This document shows, piece after piece, positions 53,856 to 64,000 of a DNA stretch of 64,000 bases (position 1 is its first letter; the number at the start of each line of letters is the position of its first letter). The DNA is from Nitrospirota bacterium (lineage in GTDB: Bacteria; Nitrospirota; UBA9217). The notes beneath the pieces were generated by a model that searched no databases, had not been told where the DNA came from, and saw only the letters and a list, made by a program, of their open reading frames with translations. Both the position numbers and the translations under genes were made by a program. The stretch covers positions 1,248,001 to 1,312,000 of the forward strand of contig CAWCKW010000012.1 of the NCBI GenBank assembly GCA_963796285.1. Reading direction: 5' to 3'.

Positions 53856-55576
53856 CATCGTTTAGAAGAAGACGTTTAGGAGAGATTCTCTCCGCTAAAG
53901 GGATCATGACCGAAGAGCAGATCAATGAGTTCCTGCGCCGGTCCAACGGAAGCCAGAAGCGCATCGGAGAGTGCCTGATCGACGAGCGCCTGATCACCGA
54001 AGAGGTCCTCGCTCAGGCACTGGCGGAGCAGCGCGGCCTGCGCTACGCGGACCTCACGGACTTCCGCATCACGCCGGCGTTCTTTGAAACCATATCCGTG
54101 GAATTGATGCAGCGCTACCAGTTCGTGCCGATGGAAGATACGGGAGACGTGTACATCCTGGCCATGACCGACCCCAACAACATCCGCGCCATCGACGAAC
54201 TCGAGATGATCCTGGACCGGCAGATCGAGATCTGCGTGAGCACGCCCTCAGCCATCCAGGCTGTTCTGAAACGGAGCGGCAGCTCGGAACAGGTGATGCA
54301 CGCAGTCTCGGAGGACTTCAAATTGCACCTCGTCAAGGAGCAGGAGAACGGCGAGGGTGAGGAGGTCCTGTCGCTCGAGAGCATTGACAAGGACGAGAGC
54401 CCGATCATCAAGCTCATGCATACGACCATCTTCGACGCCATCCAGCGCCGGGCAAGCGACATCCATATCGAATCCACGGACAAGAATGTCCTGATCAAGT
54501 ACCGCATCGACGGCGTACTCTATCTCGCCACCGAGCCCATCGACAACAAGTTCCACAGCTCCATAGTGTCCCGCATCAAGGTCATGAGCGACCTCGACAT
54601 CGCCGAGCGCCGCGTGCCGCAGGACGGCAGGTTCAAGCTCCGGACCGGCGGCAAGACCATCGATTTCCGCGTCTCGATCCTGCCCTCTGCCTTCGGGGAG
54701 GACGTGGTCATTCGCATCCTGGACAAGGAATCCATCACTGCCGGTGTGAACACACTCAAGCTCGAGAGCCTCGGGTTCGACGAAAACGACCTGCGCAGGT
54801 TCCGGAAGAGCATCCGCGAGCCCTATGGCATGGTGCTCGTTACCGGACCGACCGGAAGCGGCAAGACCACGACCCTGTACGCCGCCCTGACGGAGATCAA
54901 CACCGGCGAGGACAAGTTCATCACGATCGAGGACCCGGTGGAGTATCAGCTGCGGGGCGTTGTGCAGATCCCGGTGAACGAGAAAAAAGGCCTCACCTTC
55001 GCGCGGGGTCTCCGGTCGATCCTGCGGCACGATCCGGACAAGATCATGGTCGGCGAGATCCGCGACGCCGAGACCGGCCAGATCGCGGTCCAGTCGGCGC
55101 TCACCGGCCACCTTGTCTTCACCACCGTGCATGCCAACAACGCCTTCGACGTGCTCGGCCGGTTCCTGAACATGGGCATCGAGCCCTACAACTTCGTTTC
55201 ATCGCTCAACTGCATCCTGGCTCAGCGGCTCGTGAGGATCCTCTGTCCCCGGTGCAAAAAACCGGTCAAGCTTTCTCGAAAAGAGTTCGAGGAATCGGGA
55301 CTGGACTACGAACAACATAAGGACCGGCAGTTCTACGAGGCAGGTGGGTGCAAGGACTGCAACTTCACCGGATTCCGGGGCAGGAAGGCCATCACGGAAT
55401 TTCTCGATCTCTCCGACCATGTCCGGGAGATGATCCTCGAAAAACGGCCGTCGTCTGAGATCCGCAAGGCCGCCATCGCGGAGGGCATGACCACTCTCCG
55501 TCAGTCCGCCACCGCCAAGATCCTTGCCGGCGATACGACCTTGAAGGAGATCAACCGGGTAACGTTTATAGAATAG
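53852..55576 (+). CDS. GspE/PilB-family secretion ATPase with N-terminal MshEN
   Basis: RLGEIL, GPTGSGKT, EDPVE, TGHLVFTTVH, CxxC pairs. Confidence 0.95.
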   Translation: MTSFRRRRLGEILSAKGIMTEEQINEFLRRSNGSQKRIGECLIDERLITEEVLAQALAEQRGLRYADLTDFRITPAFFETISVELMQRYQFVPMEDTGDVYILAMTDPNNIRAIDELEMILDRQIEICVSTPSAIQAVLKRSGSSEQVMHAVSEDFKLHLVKEQENGEGEEVLSLESIDKDESPIIKLMHTTIFDAIQRRASDIHIESTDKNVLIKYRIDGVLYLATEPIDNKFHSSIVSRIKVMSDLDIAERRVPQDGRFKLRTGGKTIDFRVSILPSAFGEDVVIRILDKESITAGVNTLKLESLGFDENDLRRFRKSIREPYGMVLVTGPTGSGKTTTLYAALTEINTGEDKFITIEDPVEYQLRGVVQIPVNEKKGLTFARGLRSILRHDPDKIMVGEIRDAETGQIAVQSALTGHLVFTTVHANNAFDVLGRFLNMGIEPYNFVSSLNCILAQRLVRILCPRCKKPVKLSRKEFEESGLDYEQHKDRQFYEAGGCKDCNFTGFRGRKAITEFLDLSDHVREMILEKRPSSEIRKAAIAEGMTTLRQSATAKILAGDTTLKEINRVTFIE

Positions 55577-55585
55577 AGTGGCCAG

Positions 55586-56941
55586 ATGATCATATTCCTA
55601 TTAAACATAAAGAATTTTTTTGCAGCCGCCGTGCTGCTTTGCTTTTTCACTCTTCTCGTTTTTCCGTTCATTGCTGATTCGACAGAAAGCAACGCACTCC
55701 CCCCACTACAGTTGAGCGGAGAACTCGACAACACCCCGCGGACCGTCATGCTCTGTAAGCCCCTGACGATCCAGTTCAGCGTCAAGAATACCGGCAATGT
55801 CCCCATTTCCTACGGCACGATCGGTCTCTCTATCAAGGCAGCAGGCACAAGACAGCCTATCTTTGCACGGCAGCTCCCTTTCACCACGAAGACTAACTCG
55901 ATCAGGATCGAGAACGTGACCTTTCCACAGGGCGAGTATACACTTACCCTGAAGGCATCGGTTGTGAAGAGCGAGGACTCGATCAATCGTGAATACACGC
56001 TCATCGAGCAGCCGTTGACGGTATCTGCGCCAATCCTGGTAAAAAGGGCGGACAGTTCCGTCCCCCGCGTGCTCCTCTGGCTCAGCCGGACCGGCAACCC
56101 GGTCCAGCGGGTATTTGCCGAAAAGATCGTCAAGGAGGCATTTGCAGGGGACGGCGTCTATACCATGATTGTCGACACGGCGGAGGCTTTCACGAACCAG
56201 GCCATGAGCGGGGATTTCAATACTGCCGTGCTGTTCGAGACCGATGAACTCCTCGATCGGACTGATTGGCTGCAGGACAACGTCGCGCGCGGGATGGGGC
56301 TGGTGGTCATTGGTCCTGAAGACAAGACCAGAATGACCGCAGAGACCTTCGGCTTCAAGTTCCTGGAGATGCCTGCCACGACGCCGGCCATGCTCCTGCT
56401 CACCGAAGACTCGGGAATGGAGCTTTCGGGCACCGTCCCCGTAAGCGGCCGGATCCTGCTGCCACAGAAGAAAAACGCGAAACCGGCGGCCCTGTTGGGC
56501 GGAGATAAAAAGCCCGCCATGCTTATCGATACGGTAGGGAACGGGAACGTGATCGTGATGCCTTTTTCCTTAATTCGCTCCGCGCTCGATGCGGGAACGA
56601 CCTCGCTTTACAGCCTGTTGCTCCGCGCAGCCGTCCATACCGCCGCACCGGAGAGCGATGAGCTGACCGGCGTATCCTCGATCGAGCTGCTGGTCTCGGC
56701 GCCCTCGGGTCCGGTCGGGGCACACGTGGTGGAAACACTTCCCGCGGGGACCAGGGTCATCTGGACGAACGCCGAGGGGACCGTGAAGAACAATACCCTG
56801 CTCTATGACCTGATCGCCGACAAAGAGCCTCAGAAGCTCCTGTACGTGTACCAGCCTCCGGCCGGCAGCAAGACCCCGGCCTTCTCCGAGGTGTTCTTCG
56901 AATGCAACGGGAACTTCGTAAGCCAGGGAAAGATTGAATGA
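55586..56941 (+). CDS. Exported hypothetical protein with Ig/CARDB-like domain
   Basis: Signal peptide, FSVKNTGNVP. Confidence 0.7.
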   Translation: MIIFLLNIKNFFAAAVLLCFFTLLVFPFIADSTESNALPPLQLSGELDNTPRTVMLCKPLTIQFSVKNTGNVPISYGTIGLSIKAAGTRQPIFARQLPFTTKTNSIRIENVTFPQGEYTLTLKASVVKSEDSINREYTLIEQPLTVSAPILVKRADSSVPRVLLWLSRTGNPVQRVFAEKIVKEAFAGDGVYTMIVDTAEAFTNQAMSGDFNTAVLFETDELLDRTDWLQDNVARGMGLVVIGPEDKTRMTAETFGFKFLEMPATTPAMLLLTEDSGMELSGTVPVSGRILLPQKKNAKPAALLGGDKKPAMLIDTVGNGNVIVMPFSLIRSALDAGTTSLYSLLLRAAVHTAAPESDELTGVSSIELLVSAPSGPVGAHVVETLPAGTRVIWTNAEGTVKNNTLLYDLIADKEPQKLLYVYQPPAGSKTPAFSEVFFECNGNFVSQGKIE

Positions 56942-57564
56942 GCAGTTCAGCGTTCAACGTTCAACGTTCAAAGGGTCACCTGCTCCGCAATCCGAAATCC
57001 GCTAACTACAATTTCCGAGGTTTCGCCTACATTGCACTGCTTGTTGCCATCACTATCATTGGGATCAGTCTTGGGGCTGCGGGCAAGTACTGGAGCAACG
57101 TGATGATCCGAGATAAGGAGGAAGAGTTGCTCTACCGGGGCGACCAGTATCGCAGGGCCATCGAGCATTATGTTTCAGCGATCCCCGGCAGGCAGGATTA
57201 TCCCCAAAGCATCGAAGACCTGCTCAAGGACGATCGCACAGCGATAGGCAAACGACACCTGCGCCAGAAATATAAAGATCCGATCAGCGGCGAGGATTTT
57301 GTGGAAATACGGAACACGCTTACCAAACGCATCATCGGTGTGCACAGTCCGAGTGAAAAGGAGCCTCTCAAAAAGGCGGGCTTTCCGGATGTATATAACA
57401 CGACGCAGGTTGTCGCACAGCCCGGTTTTCCGGAAACTTATAATAACTTCTCAGATAAAATGAAATACAGCGAGTGGCTTTTTGTTGCAACCATCAAGTC
57501 GGCACAGACTCCGACGACAGGCACGAGGCCTGTTTTGACCCGTTCAGCTCCTACCTTTAAATAA
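56938..57564 (+). CDS. Type II secretion pseudopilin-like protein
   Basis: RGFAYIALL class III-like signal, KEEELL, HLRQKYKDP. Confidence 0.85.
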   Translation: MSSSAFNVQRSKGHLLRNPKSANYNFRGFAYIALLVAITIIGISLGAAGKYWSNVMIRDKEEELLYRGDQYRRAIEHYVSAIPGRQDYPQSIEDLLKDDRTAIGKRHLRQKYKDPISGEDFVEIRNTLTKRIIGVHSPSEKEPLKKAGFPDVYNTTQVVAQPGFPETYNNFSDKMKYSEWLFVATIKSAQTPTTGTRPVLTRSAPTFK

Positions 57565-57668
57565 TCTTTTTTTTCAATTATCATGACAGTACCTCTAATC
57601 GACCTGCGGGTCCATGGCATTGTCTCTTGCCTGGACAAAAACCGGTCTACTCCCGTGACGCGAGCCCG

Positions 57669-58427
57669 CTACAGGTCCCCTTTCATCGAATACCATGCAA
57701 AACTGATATATTCTGAGAGGGCGACAGCTGATGTGGAAAGGCCAGCGGCGCTGGGGATGAAGGAGTACCGCGATACTGGTTGAGACAGTGCGAGGTATCC
57801 TGTCGGGGATGGAACAACATCGAATCCCTGCTTCTTGAACAGTGCCACAGACCTCTTCATGTGAAATGCCGATGTCACCAGGATGATACGCTTCCCCTTG
57901 AGCAGACCCCTGACCGCCCTGGCGCTCTCCAGGGTATTTCTGGATTTATTTTCAATAACAATATCCTGCTTCGGTATACCAAGGGCCACCGCTGCGCGTG
58001 CCATGGCATCGGCCTCCGCTATTTCAGAATGTATCAGCGAACCACTCCCACCGGTAATAATGAGCGGCCTCCGTAAATCGCGATAAAGCATCACGCCCTT
58101 GACCAGTCGTTCCAGGGAAAGATCCGACGGCTCAGGTTCAAGACCGAGCCGCGAAAGATCACTGACCCCTCCGGTGAGTACCACGATCGCGTCGGCATGG
58201 ACCGTCTTGTCCTTGAGCGGTGGATAACTTGTCTCAAGCGGTACGATCAACGAATTGATGACCGGACCAGAGCTCAAACCGTACAGGAGCAGGAAACCAA
58301 GGACGATTAAGCCCCATCCAACCATGCGCTTCTGCCTGACGATCACAAAACCTGCGGCCATCAGCAGCAAGATACTGGACGGCGGCAGGACCAGGTAGAG
58401 CAGGACCTTCGATATGATAAATAACAT
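57669..58427 (-). CDS. YdcF/ElyC (DUF218) family protein
   Basis: AIVVLTGG, SRNTLES, LVTSAFHMKR. Confidence 0.92.
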   Translation of the reverse strand: MLFIISKVLLYLVLPPSSILLLMAAGFVIVRQKRMVGWGLIVLGFLLLYGLSSGPVINSLIVPLETSYPPLKDKTVHADAIVVLTGGVSDLSRLGLEPEPSDLSLERLVKGVMLYRDLRRPLIITGGSGSLIHSEIAEADAMARAAVALGIPKQDIVIENKSRNTLESARAVRGLLKGKRIILVTSAFHMKRSVALFKKQGFDVVPSPTGYLALSQPVSRYSFIPSAAGLSTSAVALSEYISFAWYSMKGDL

Positions 58428-58510
58428 AGTGAAATACCCCTCTGATTTGTCAGAACATCGCTCCTGGAAAGCGGCGGTCTCCTTTTACCGGGTGGACTGA
58501 TGTCCCGCGT

Positions 58511-61052
58511 TCACGCGGGATGCGCCATTTTTAACACCTCGAACCATACTATGCTCATGACACCGGCAGCAACGCAGATGAAGATATCGAACGGGTGCAG
58601 GACCGAGAACCGGAACAGGCCCCGAAGGAATGGAACATACAGCACCAGTCCGAGAAACACGACTGCGCCACCCGTCACCCACCACAGCGCGGTATTCGGC
58701 GAACGCAGCGTGGCCAGGACCGTGCGCGACCACGAGCGGTTCACAAAGATAAGGCCGAGGTTCGCGATGATGAGCGTGGCAAAGGTGAGCGCCCGGGAGT
58801 CCTCCTCGCTCTGTCCCCGCTTGAGCGAAACAACGTACACGAACACGAGCATGGCGAGCACGCTCAGACCCTGGAGCAGGCTTATGGTCACGGTCCTCTT
58901 CCCGAACAAGGGCGCATCGGGCCGGCGCGGAGGCCGGGTCATCACGTCCGCTTCCTCGGGTTCGGCCTCGAACACAACGGAACATGCCGGGTCGATGATG
59001 AGTTCGAGGAACACGATGTGCATGGGCAGGAGCACCAGCGGCCACTTGAACAGCACCGGGATGAGTGACATGCCCGCGATCGGCACGTGCACGGCAAAAA
59101 TATAGGCCACGGCCTTCTTGAGGTTGTCGAAGATCCTGCGGCCCATGCGCACGGCCTGTACGATGGATGAAAAATCGTCGTCGAGCAGCACGAGCGCCGA
59201 GGCCTCGCGCGCCACGTCCGTACCGCGTCCTCCCATGGCGATGCCGATGTGAGCGGCCTTGAGCGCCGGCGCATCGTTCACCCCGTCGCCGGTCATGGCC
59301 ACGACCTCGCCGATGCCCTTGAAGGCGTTCACGATCCTGAGCTTTTGCTCGGGCACGACCCGCGCGAAGATGTTCACGTTCCTGATACGGTCCCGAAGAC
59401 GCTCCTCATCCATGCTGTCGAGCTCGGGCCCGGTGATGACCTGATCGCTGTTCCGCAGGCCGATCTGGCCGGCGATGTTCGCGGCCGTCCCCGGGTAGTC
59501 GCCCGTGATCATTACGACCCTGATGCCGGCGGTATGACATTCCTTTACCGCCTCGGCCACGCCGGGCCGCACGGGGTCGGCAAGCCCCACTAGCCCCAGG
59601 AACTCGAAGATGAAGTCGTGCTGTTCTCCGGGCAGGTCGGTTACCGTGAAATAGGCCTTGGCCACGCCAAGGATGCGCAGCCCCTTGTTTGCCATGATCT
59701 CGATCGCGCCGGAGATCTCCCGTGTACGCGGAGCATCACAATGGCACAGGTCGGCGATCGCCTCGGGCGATCCCTTGGTCGCGATCACATACTCGCTGCC
59801 TCCGGGCGACTTCCAGACATGGGACAGCGCAAGCAGGCTGTTCGAGAGCGGATATTCCCGGACAAGGGTCCAGTCGTCATGGAGATGTTCGGTGCGGGTA
59901 AGATAATGGCTGCCGAGCTCTTTGAACGCCTTCTCCATGGGATCGAACGGGTCCTTATGGCTTGCAAGGATGCTGAACTCTATGACCTCATGGAAGTCCT
60001 CGGGGATGGTCTTCTCCGCAAGGTAATCCACATCATAGAACGCACCGTGTGAGTATATGGTGCTTGACCGACATGCGGTTCTGGGTGATCGTCCCGGTCT
60101 TGTCCACGCAGAGCACCGTGGCCGCGCCCAGGGTCTCGACCGCCGGCACGCGACGGGTGAGCACGCGCTTCTGCGAGATGCGCCACGCGCCCAGGGCCAG
60201 GAAGATCGTGAGCACAACGGGAAATTCCTCGGGCAGCAAGGCCATGGCGAGCGTTATGCCGGCGAGGAAGCCGTTCAGCCAGTTCCCTCGTGTAAGCCCG
60301 TACACAACGATCACGAGGCAGCACATGAACAGGCCGATGAACGCCAGGTTCCGTACGATCTTCCGGGTCTCCGTCTGGAGCGGCGTTTCCTCGATCTCCA
60401 CGCTCTGGAGCGCCTTCCCGATCTTGCCCATCTCCGTGTGCACGCCCGTGGCCAGTACCGTTGCGATCCCCTGCCCCTTTACCACGAGCGTGCCGGAATA
60501 CACAAAGGGCAGGTCCTCGCCCCCGGGACGGGTCATCGCGGGGATCTGGTCGCACGCGGTCTTGCGGACGGAAACCGACTCGCCGGTCAGGAGCGATTCG
60601 TCGATCGAGAGGTTCGAGCAGGACAGGATCGCGGCATCAGCAGGGACCCGGTCGCCTTCGCTCAGGACAATGACATCTCCCCGCGCCACCTCGCGCCCGG
60701 CAATACGATGCTGTTTTCCGTCGCGAATTACCAGGGCACGCGGGCTCGACAGGTCGCGGAGTGCCTCGAGGGCGCGTTCGGTCTTGCGCTCCTGGTAGAG
60801 CGTTATCCCGACGACCACGAACACAAAGCCGAGCAGCATGATCGCTTCCCGCAGGTCACCGAGTATTAGGTAGATCGCCCCGCAGATGACGAGAAGCAGG
60901 AACATCGGTTCCCGCACCACGTCAAACGCAATGGCAAAGATGCTGCGCTGCTTTGACGAAGGCAGTTCATTGAACCCTTCGCGCCTGAGCCGTGCGGCTG
61001 CTTCCTGTTCGGAAAGTCCGGTTATGGTATTGATATCGAAAGGAGGGATCAA
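58511..61052 (-). CDS. Cation-transporting P-type ATPase (type II; frameshift near 60065)
   Basis: TGES, PEEFP, DKTGT, TGD, GDGVNDAPAL. Confidence 0.93.
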
Positions 61053-61263
61053 ATCAGGTTCCTTAACAGATTAAGTATATGTCCTGCTCAAAGTATACTT
61101 AAATAGCATTGGATTGGGAAGGGATATTTCTCAGGCATCAGGACATACAGTCACGCATGAAAAGGCTGCGAAAATAAATATTTGAATTTTGCTCGATATG
61201 ATATAGTTAGCCGGCAATCAGTCTGTCCGGACGGCAAGAAAAGCGATCGAATGGACCCCGATT

Positions 61264-61396
61264 AACAGATTGTTGAAAAAGGCCAATGTCACAAACACGC
61301 ACCCTGAAGGGTGCGGCTACCTAATTAAATAATCATTGTCTATGTTTTGGTAGCCGCAGGCTTCAGCCTGCGAAAAGGTTATTCAACAACCTATTA
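61264..61396. mobile_element. MITE-like element containing a GTAG REP dimer
   Basis: Ends AGATTGTTGAAAAA...TTATTCAACAACCT enclose ACGCACCCTGAAGGGTGCGGCTAC and GTAGCCGCAGGCTTCAGCCTGCG. Confidence 0.65.
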
Positions 61397-61507
61397 AACA
61401 GCTTCCGGTGAAATCTGAAGCTTGACATACCTTGACGAATCTGCTTTATTATAGGCTTAAGACAGCTGACGGTGACAGTATAAAATCTTTATAGCGCGGA
61501 GAGTATT

Positions 61508-62008
61508 ATGGATACGTCAAAAAAAGAAGATACGGGCATGCATATCAAATCAGCCATAGGGCAAGAGCTGCTTGTGCGGGATGTGATGACCAAGGGGGTC
61601 ATCTCCATTTCAAAATTCGAACCCGTTATGCAGGTGGCGGACATCTTGACGGAAAAAAATATCAGCGGCCTTCCGGTGGTGGACAAGGAAAAAAAAGTGA
61701 TCGGCATCATTACTCAGGCCGATATCCTCTCCATGATCGGGGTGAGCAGGGACCACACGTTCAAAGATCTGTTAAAACACATGCTGGGAGAAACACTGCC
61801 GGAACGCAGGATCGGGGACCATGTCGGGGACATAATGACGTCCCCGGCACACACCATAAAACCCGATGCAAATATTGCCGAAGCAGTGCGGATCATGGAT
61901 GAAAAAAAGATCAGAAGGCTGACCGTGACGGATGAAAAAGGCATACTCATCGGGATCCTGACACGGGCTGACATTTTAAAGGCCGTCATAATCAAAATAA
62001 GGTCTTAG
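61508..62008 (+). CDS. CBS-pair protein
   Basis: VRDVMT, ISGLPVVD, GILTRADIL. Confidence 0.92.
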   Translation: MDTSKKEDTGMHIKSAIGQELLVRDVMTKGVISISKFEPVMQVADILTEKNISGLPVVDKEKKVIGIITQADILSMIGVSRDHTFKDLLKHMLGETLPERRIGDHVGDIMTSPAHTIKPDANIAEAVRIMDEKKIRRLTVTDEKGILIGILTRADILKAVIIKIRS

Positions 62009-62051
62009 CAACCAAGGAACCAAATTCTTTACAAAACGGCACGAAATTATC

Positions 62052-62157
62052 TCGCAGAGGCGCAGAGGACGCAGAGTTAAAGCAAAACATTTTCGTCATG
62101 GTTTTAACCCGGAATATTTTTAATCTTTTCTCCGCGAACTCTGCGCCTCTGCGAGAG
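62052..62157. repeat. CGCAGAG...CTCTGCG inverted repeat element
   Basis: TCGCAGAGGCGCAGAG...CTCTGCGCCTCTGCGA. Confidence 0.7.
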
Positions 62158-62172
62158 ACGCCCTTTAAAATT

Positions 62173-62388
62173 ATGGAATATATCTCGAAATTACCGTGGG
62201 GGCTCGTCATTCTCGCCTGCCTGACCCTCGGGCTCGCCCCCTTCTCCCCGCCCCATATCTGGGAAAAGCTCCAGATGTTGATGAAGGGGCAACTCGTCAG
62301 GCCGATCGACTGGTTCGACTTTGTGCTGCATGGAACACCCTGGGTGGTGCTTGTTCTGAAGGGCATTGTTTCTTTGATGAAGAAATAA
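62173..62388 (+). CDS. Small conserved membrane protein
   Basis: LGLAPF.PPHIWEKL...RPIDWFDFVLHG motif. Confidence 0.85.
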   Translation: MEYISKLPWGLVILACLTLGLAPFSPPHIWEKLQMLMKGQLVRPIDWFDFVLHGTPWVVLVLKGIVSLMKK

Positions 62389-62515
62389 AAACGGGAACAA
62401 AAGATAGATCGAACTGCTTCGGAACCAGCATTTGTATCAGTTGGAATTTGCATTTTCAAGCATATAAAAACAGCCTTCGGTCTTACAGCCCGCAATCTGA
62501 ATTGTTACTTTTAAT

Positions 62516-63084
62516 TTAGAAATCCAGCGGACTCTTCCTCTCTTTCGCGGTTCTGCTCGGCACACAGTGAGTATAAATCATCGTCGTCCTGACATCCGAA
62601 TGGCCCAGCATTTCCTGGATCGTGCGGATGTCGTAATTGGCCTGGAGCAGATGGGTCGCGAAGGAATGGCGGAAGGTGTGCGTGGTTACTCGCTTGGTGA
62701 GCTGTGCTCTCTTGACGGCAAAATACATCGCATCCTGGAAACGCGCATCATGAACGTGATATCGCCGCTTCTGTCCGGACGACGCGACAGCAGTCAATGA
62801 TGCCTGCGGAAAGAACCACTGCCATTGAAACTCTTTGGGCGCGTTCGGATATTTCTTTTCCAGCTGGTCTTCCAGAAATACGCCGGAATAGCCGGCGGAT
62901 ATGTCATCGATATGCAGTTTTTTCACGAACGCCATCTGTGCGAGCAATTCCGGTACGATCGTGTTCGGCAGGGGCACTGTCCTGCTCTTACCGCCTTTTC
63001 CCTTGACCGTAAGCAGACCGGCATCGAAATTGAAATCCTTCACGCGCACTTTCACCACTTCAAAACAGCGGAGGCCGCAACTGG
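62516..63084 (-). pseudogene. intI: Integron integrase, C-terminal half only
   Basis: CGLR, GKGGKSR, IntI-specific KYPNAPKEFQWQWFFP, HTFRHSFATHLL, GHSDVRTTMIYTH; 5' half missing. Confidence 0.9.
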
Positions 63085-63109
63085 TGAGTGCCCTGGTAGC
63101 AGAAACTGA

Positions 63110-63138
63110 TTGATAAACAGTTGCCATATTGTTATAAT
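63110..63138 (+). promoter_or_regulatory. Sigma-70 promoter of the toxin-antitoxin operon
   Basis: TTGATA-17-TATAAT. Confidence 0.7.
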
Positions 63139-63184
63139 TGCGTCAGAATAACAGTCAATAAACGGATCGTGAGGTTTGGTAACT

Positions 63185-63391
63185 ATGAGCCCGACAAAAA
63201 CTATAATTTCAAAAGCCTTAAACCTTAAACCAGCGGAAAAATCCCTTCTTATAGAAGCCTTACTTCGGAGCCTAGATGTAGCCGATCCAAAAATTGAAAA
63301 GATATGGGCAGTTGAAGCCGAGAAAAGACTCAAAGCATACAAGGCCGGCAAGATTAAAACGGTATCTTTCGAGGATATGTTCGCTAAATGA
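63185..63391 (+). CDS. Addiction module antitoxin
   Basis: ALNLKPAEK...WAVEAEKRL; overlaps the toxin gene (ATGA). Confidence 0.88.
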   Translation: MSPTKTIISKALNLKPAEKSLLIEALLRSLDVADPKIEKIWAVEAEKRLKAYKAGKIKTVSFEDMFAK

Positions 63392-63681
63392 AAATGGAGA
63401 TTCTCGAAATTGCCCGTCGAGAATATGATGAGGCTAAAGAGTTTTATGAGACAGAACAACCCGGTTTAGGGTCCCAATTCACGGAACAAATCAGGCATTC
63501 CCTTCGCCGCATTCAACAATACCCTCAAGCATGGCCGCCGGAGCGTAAGGAAATCCGGCGATACATCGTCCACAAATTCCCCTATAAGATTCTCTATTCC
63601 ATTCAAGCTGATAAAATAGTCGTTCTTGCATTCGCGCATTTACACCGCCAACCGGACTACTGGGTTGATAGACAGAAGTAG
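63388..63681 (+). CDS. RelE/ParE family toxin
   Basis: GLGSQF, FPYKILY, AFAHLHRQPDYW. Confidence 0.9.
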   Translation: MKMEILEIARREYDEAKEFYETEQPGLGSQFTEQIRHSLRRIQQYPQAWPPERKEIRRYIVHKFPYKILYSIQADKIVVLAFAHLHRQPDYWVDRQK

Positions 63682-63725
63682 CATCTCTTGTTTGAGCGGA
63701 CCGGGGCTGTAATGTCGTACTACTA

Positions 63726-63784
63726 CTTCAACATGCGCCTCGACAGCGACGCGCCAGAGGCGGCGCGTCAGGCGCGCGTTCATG
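63726..63784 (+). other. attC-like integron recombination site
   Basis: TTCAAC..CGCCTCGAC...GTCAGGCG..GTT; 59-bp imperfect palindrome with one extrahelical base. Confidence 0.7.
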
Positions 63785-64000
63785 TGTCAGTTTCAACCAG
63801 TAGTTCGCAGCACTATCAGCATTGCTTCGGTACACAGTAGTAGGTGAAAGGTTGCTACGAGTTGTTTTTTTCATTTTCCCCTCAACCTCCCCCTTTCCCC
63901 TCTTACTTATTTTGCTCTTCCTCTAATATCTCTTCCAATATCTCCGCCGCATCCTGGACGAACTTTGGACAGCGCCTCATGAAGTTTTGCTTTTTCAGAA

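Noticed and set aside
3170-61052. Frameshifts in lon, tex, sco, coxI, cyoE, trpS, HDAC, gspF and the P-type ATPase as pseudogenisation or programmed frameshifting
   Set aside because: They hit essential genes such as trpS, cluster locally and leave catalytic motifs intact, which fits long-read indel error. Reads are needed to confirm.
61195-61265. Possible riboswitch upstream of the P-type ATPase
   Set aside because: No recognisable conserved aptamer motif by eye; an Rfam scan would be needed.

Overview
Bacterial chromosomal segment, GC-rich in core genes. Gene content suggests Nitrospirota or Desulfobacterota (inference). Single-base indels split many conserved genes and are most likely long-read consensus errors. 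From left to right: (1) a sigma-54 signalling locus: two paralogous HAMP sensor proteins, an NtrC-type regulator, a TauE/USP operon, and a Lon protease that lacks its N-terminal domain and carries a complete receiver domain inserted just before the AAA+ module; (2) PAS kinase, RluA, Tex and a DUF5714-like gene; (3) an A2-type heme-copper oxidase operon (sco, coxI, III, IV, II, cyoE) containing a REP-flanked RAYT remnant; (4) purM-purN; (5) a PAS hybrid kinase and a DUF2844/DUF3443 pair, the latter with pepsin-like motifs; (6) a roughly 15 kb island between tRNA-Ala(CGC) and a degenerate copy of its 3' half. The island carries a Listeria-Bacteroides-repeat lipoprotein, a probable DUF1573 selenoprotein, rhodanese, a stand-alone MshEN protein and tatA, with several genes separated by related hairpin elements; (7) core genes (LpoA-like, M50 protease, trpS, polyprenyl synthase, AMMECR1, HDAC, T2SS/T4P F-E-G, DUF218, P-type ATPase); (8) a decayed integron with truncated intI, a toxin-antitoxin cassette and an attC-like site. 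No CRISPR array or rRNA was seen.
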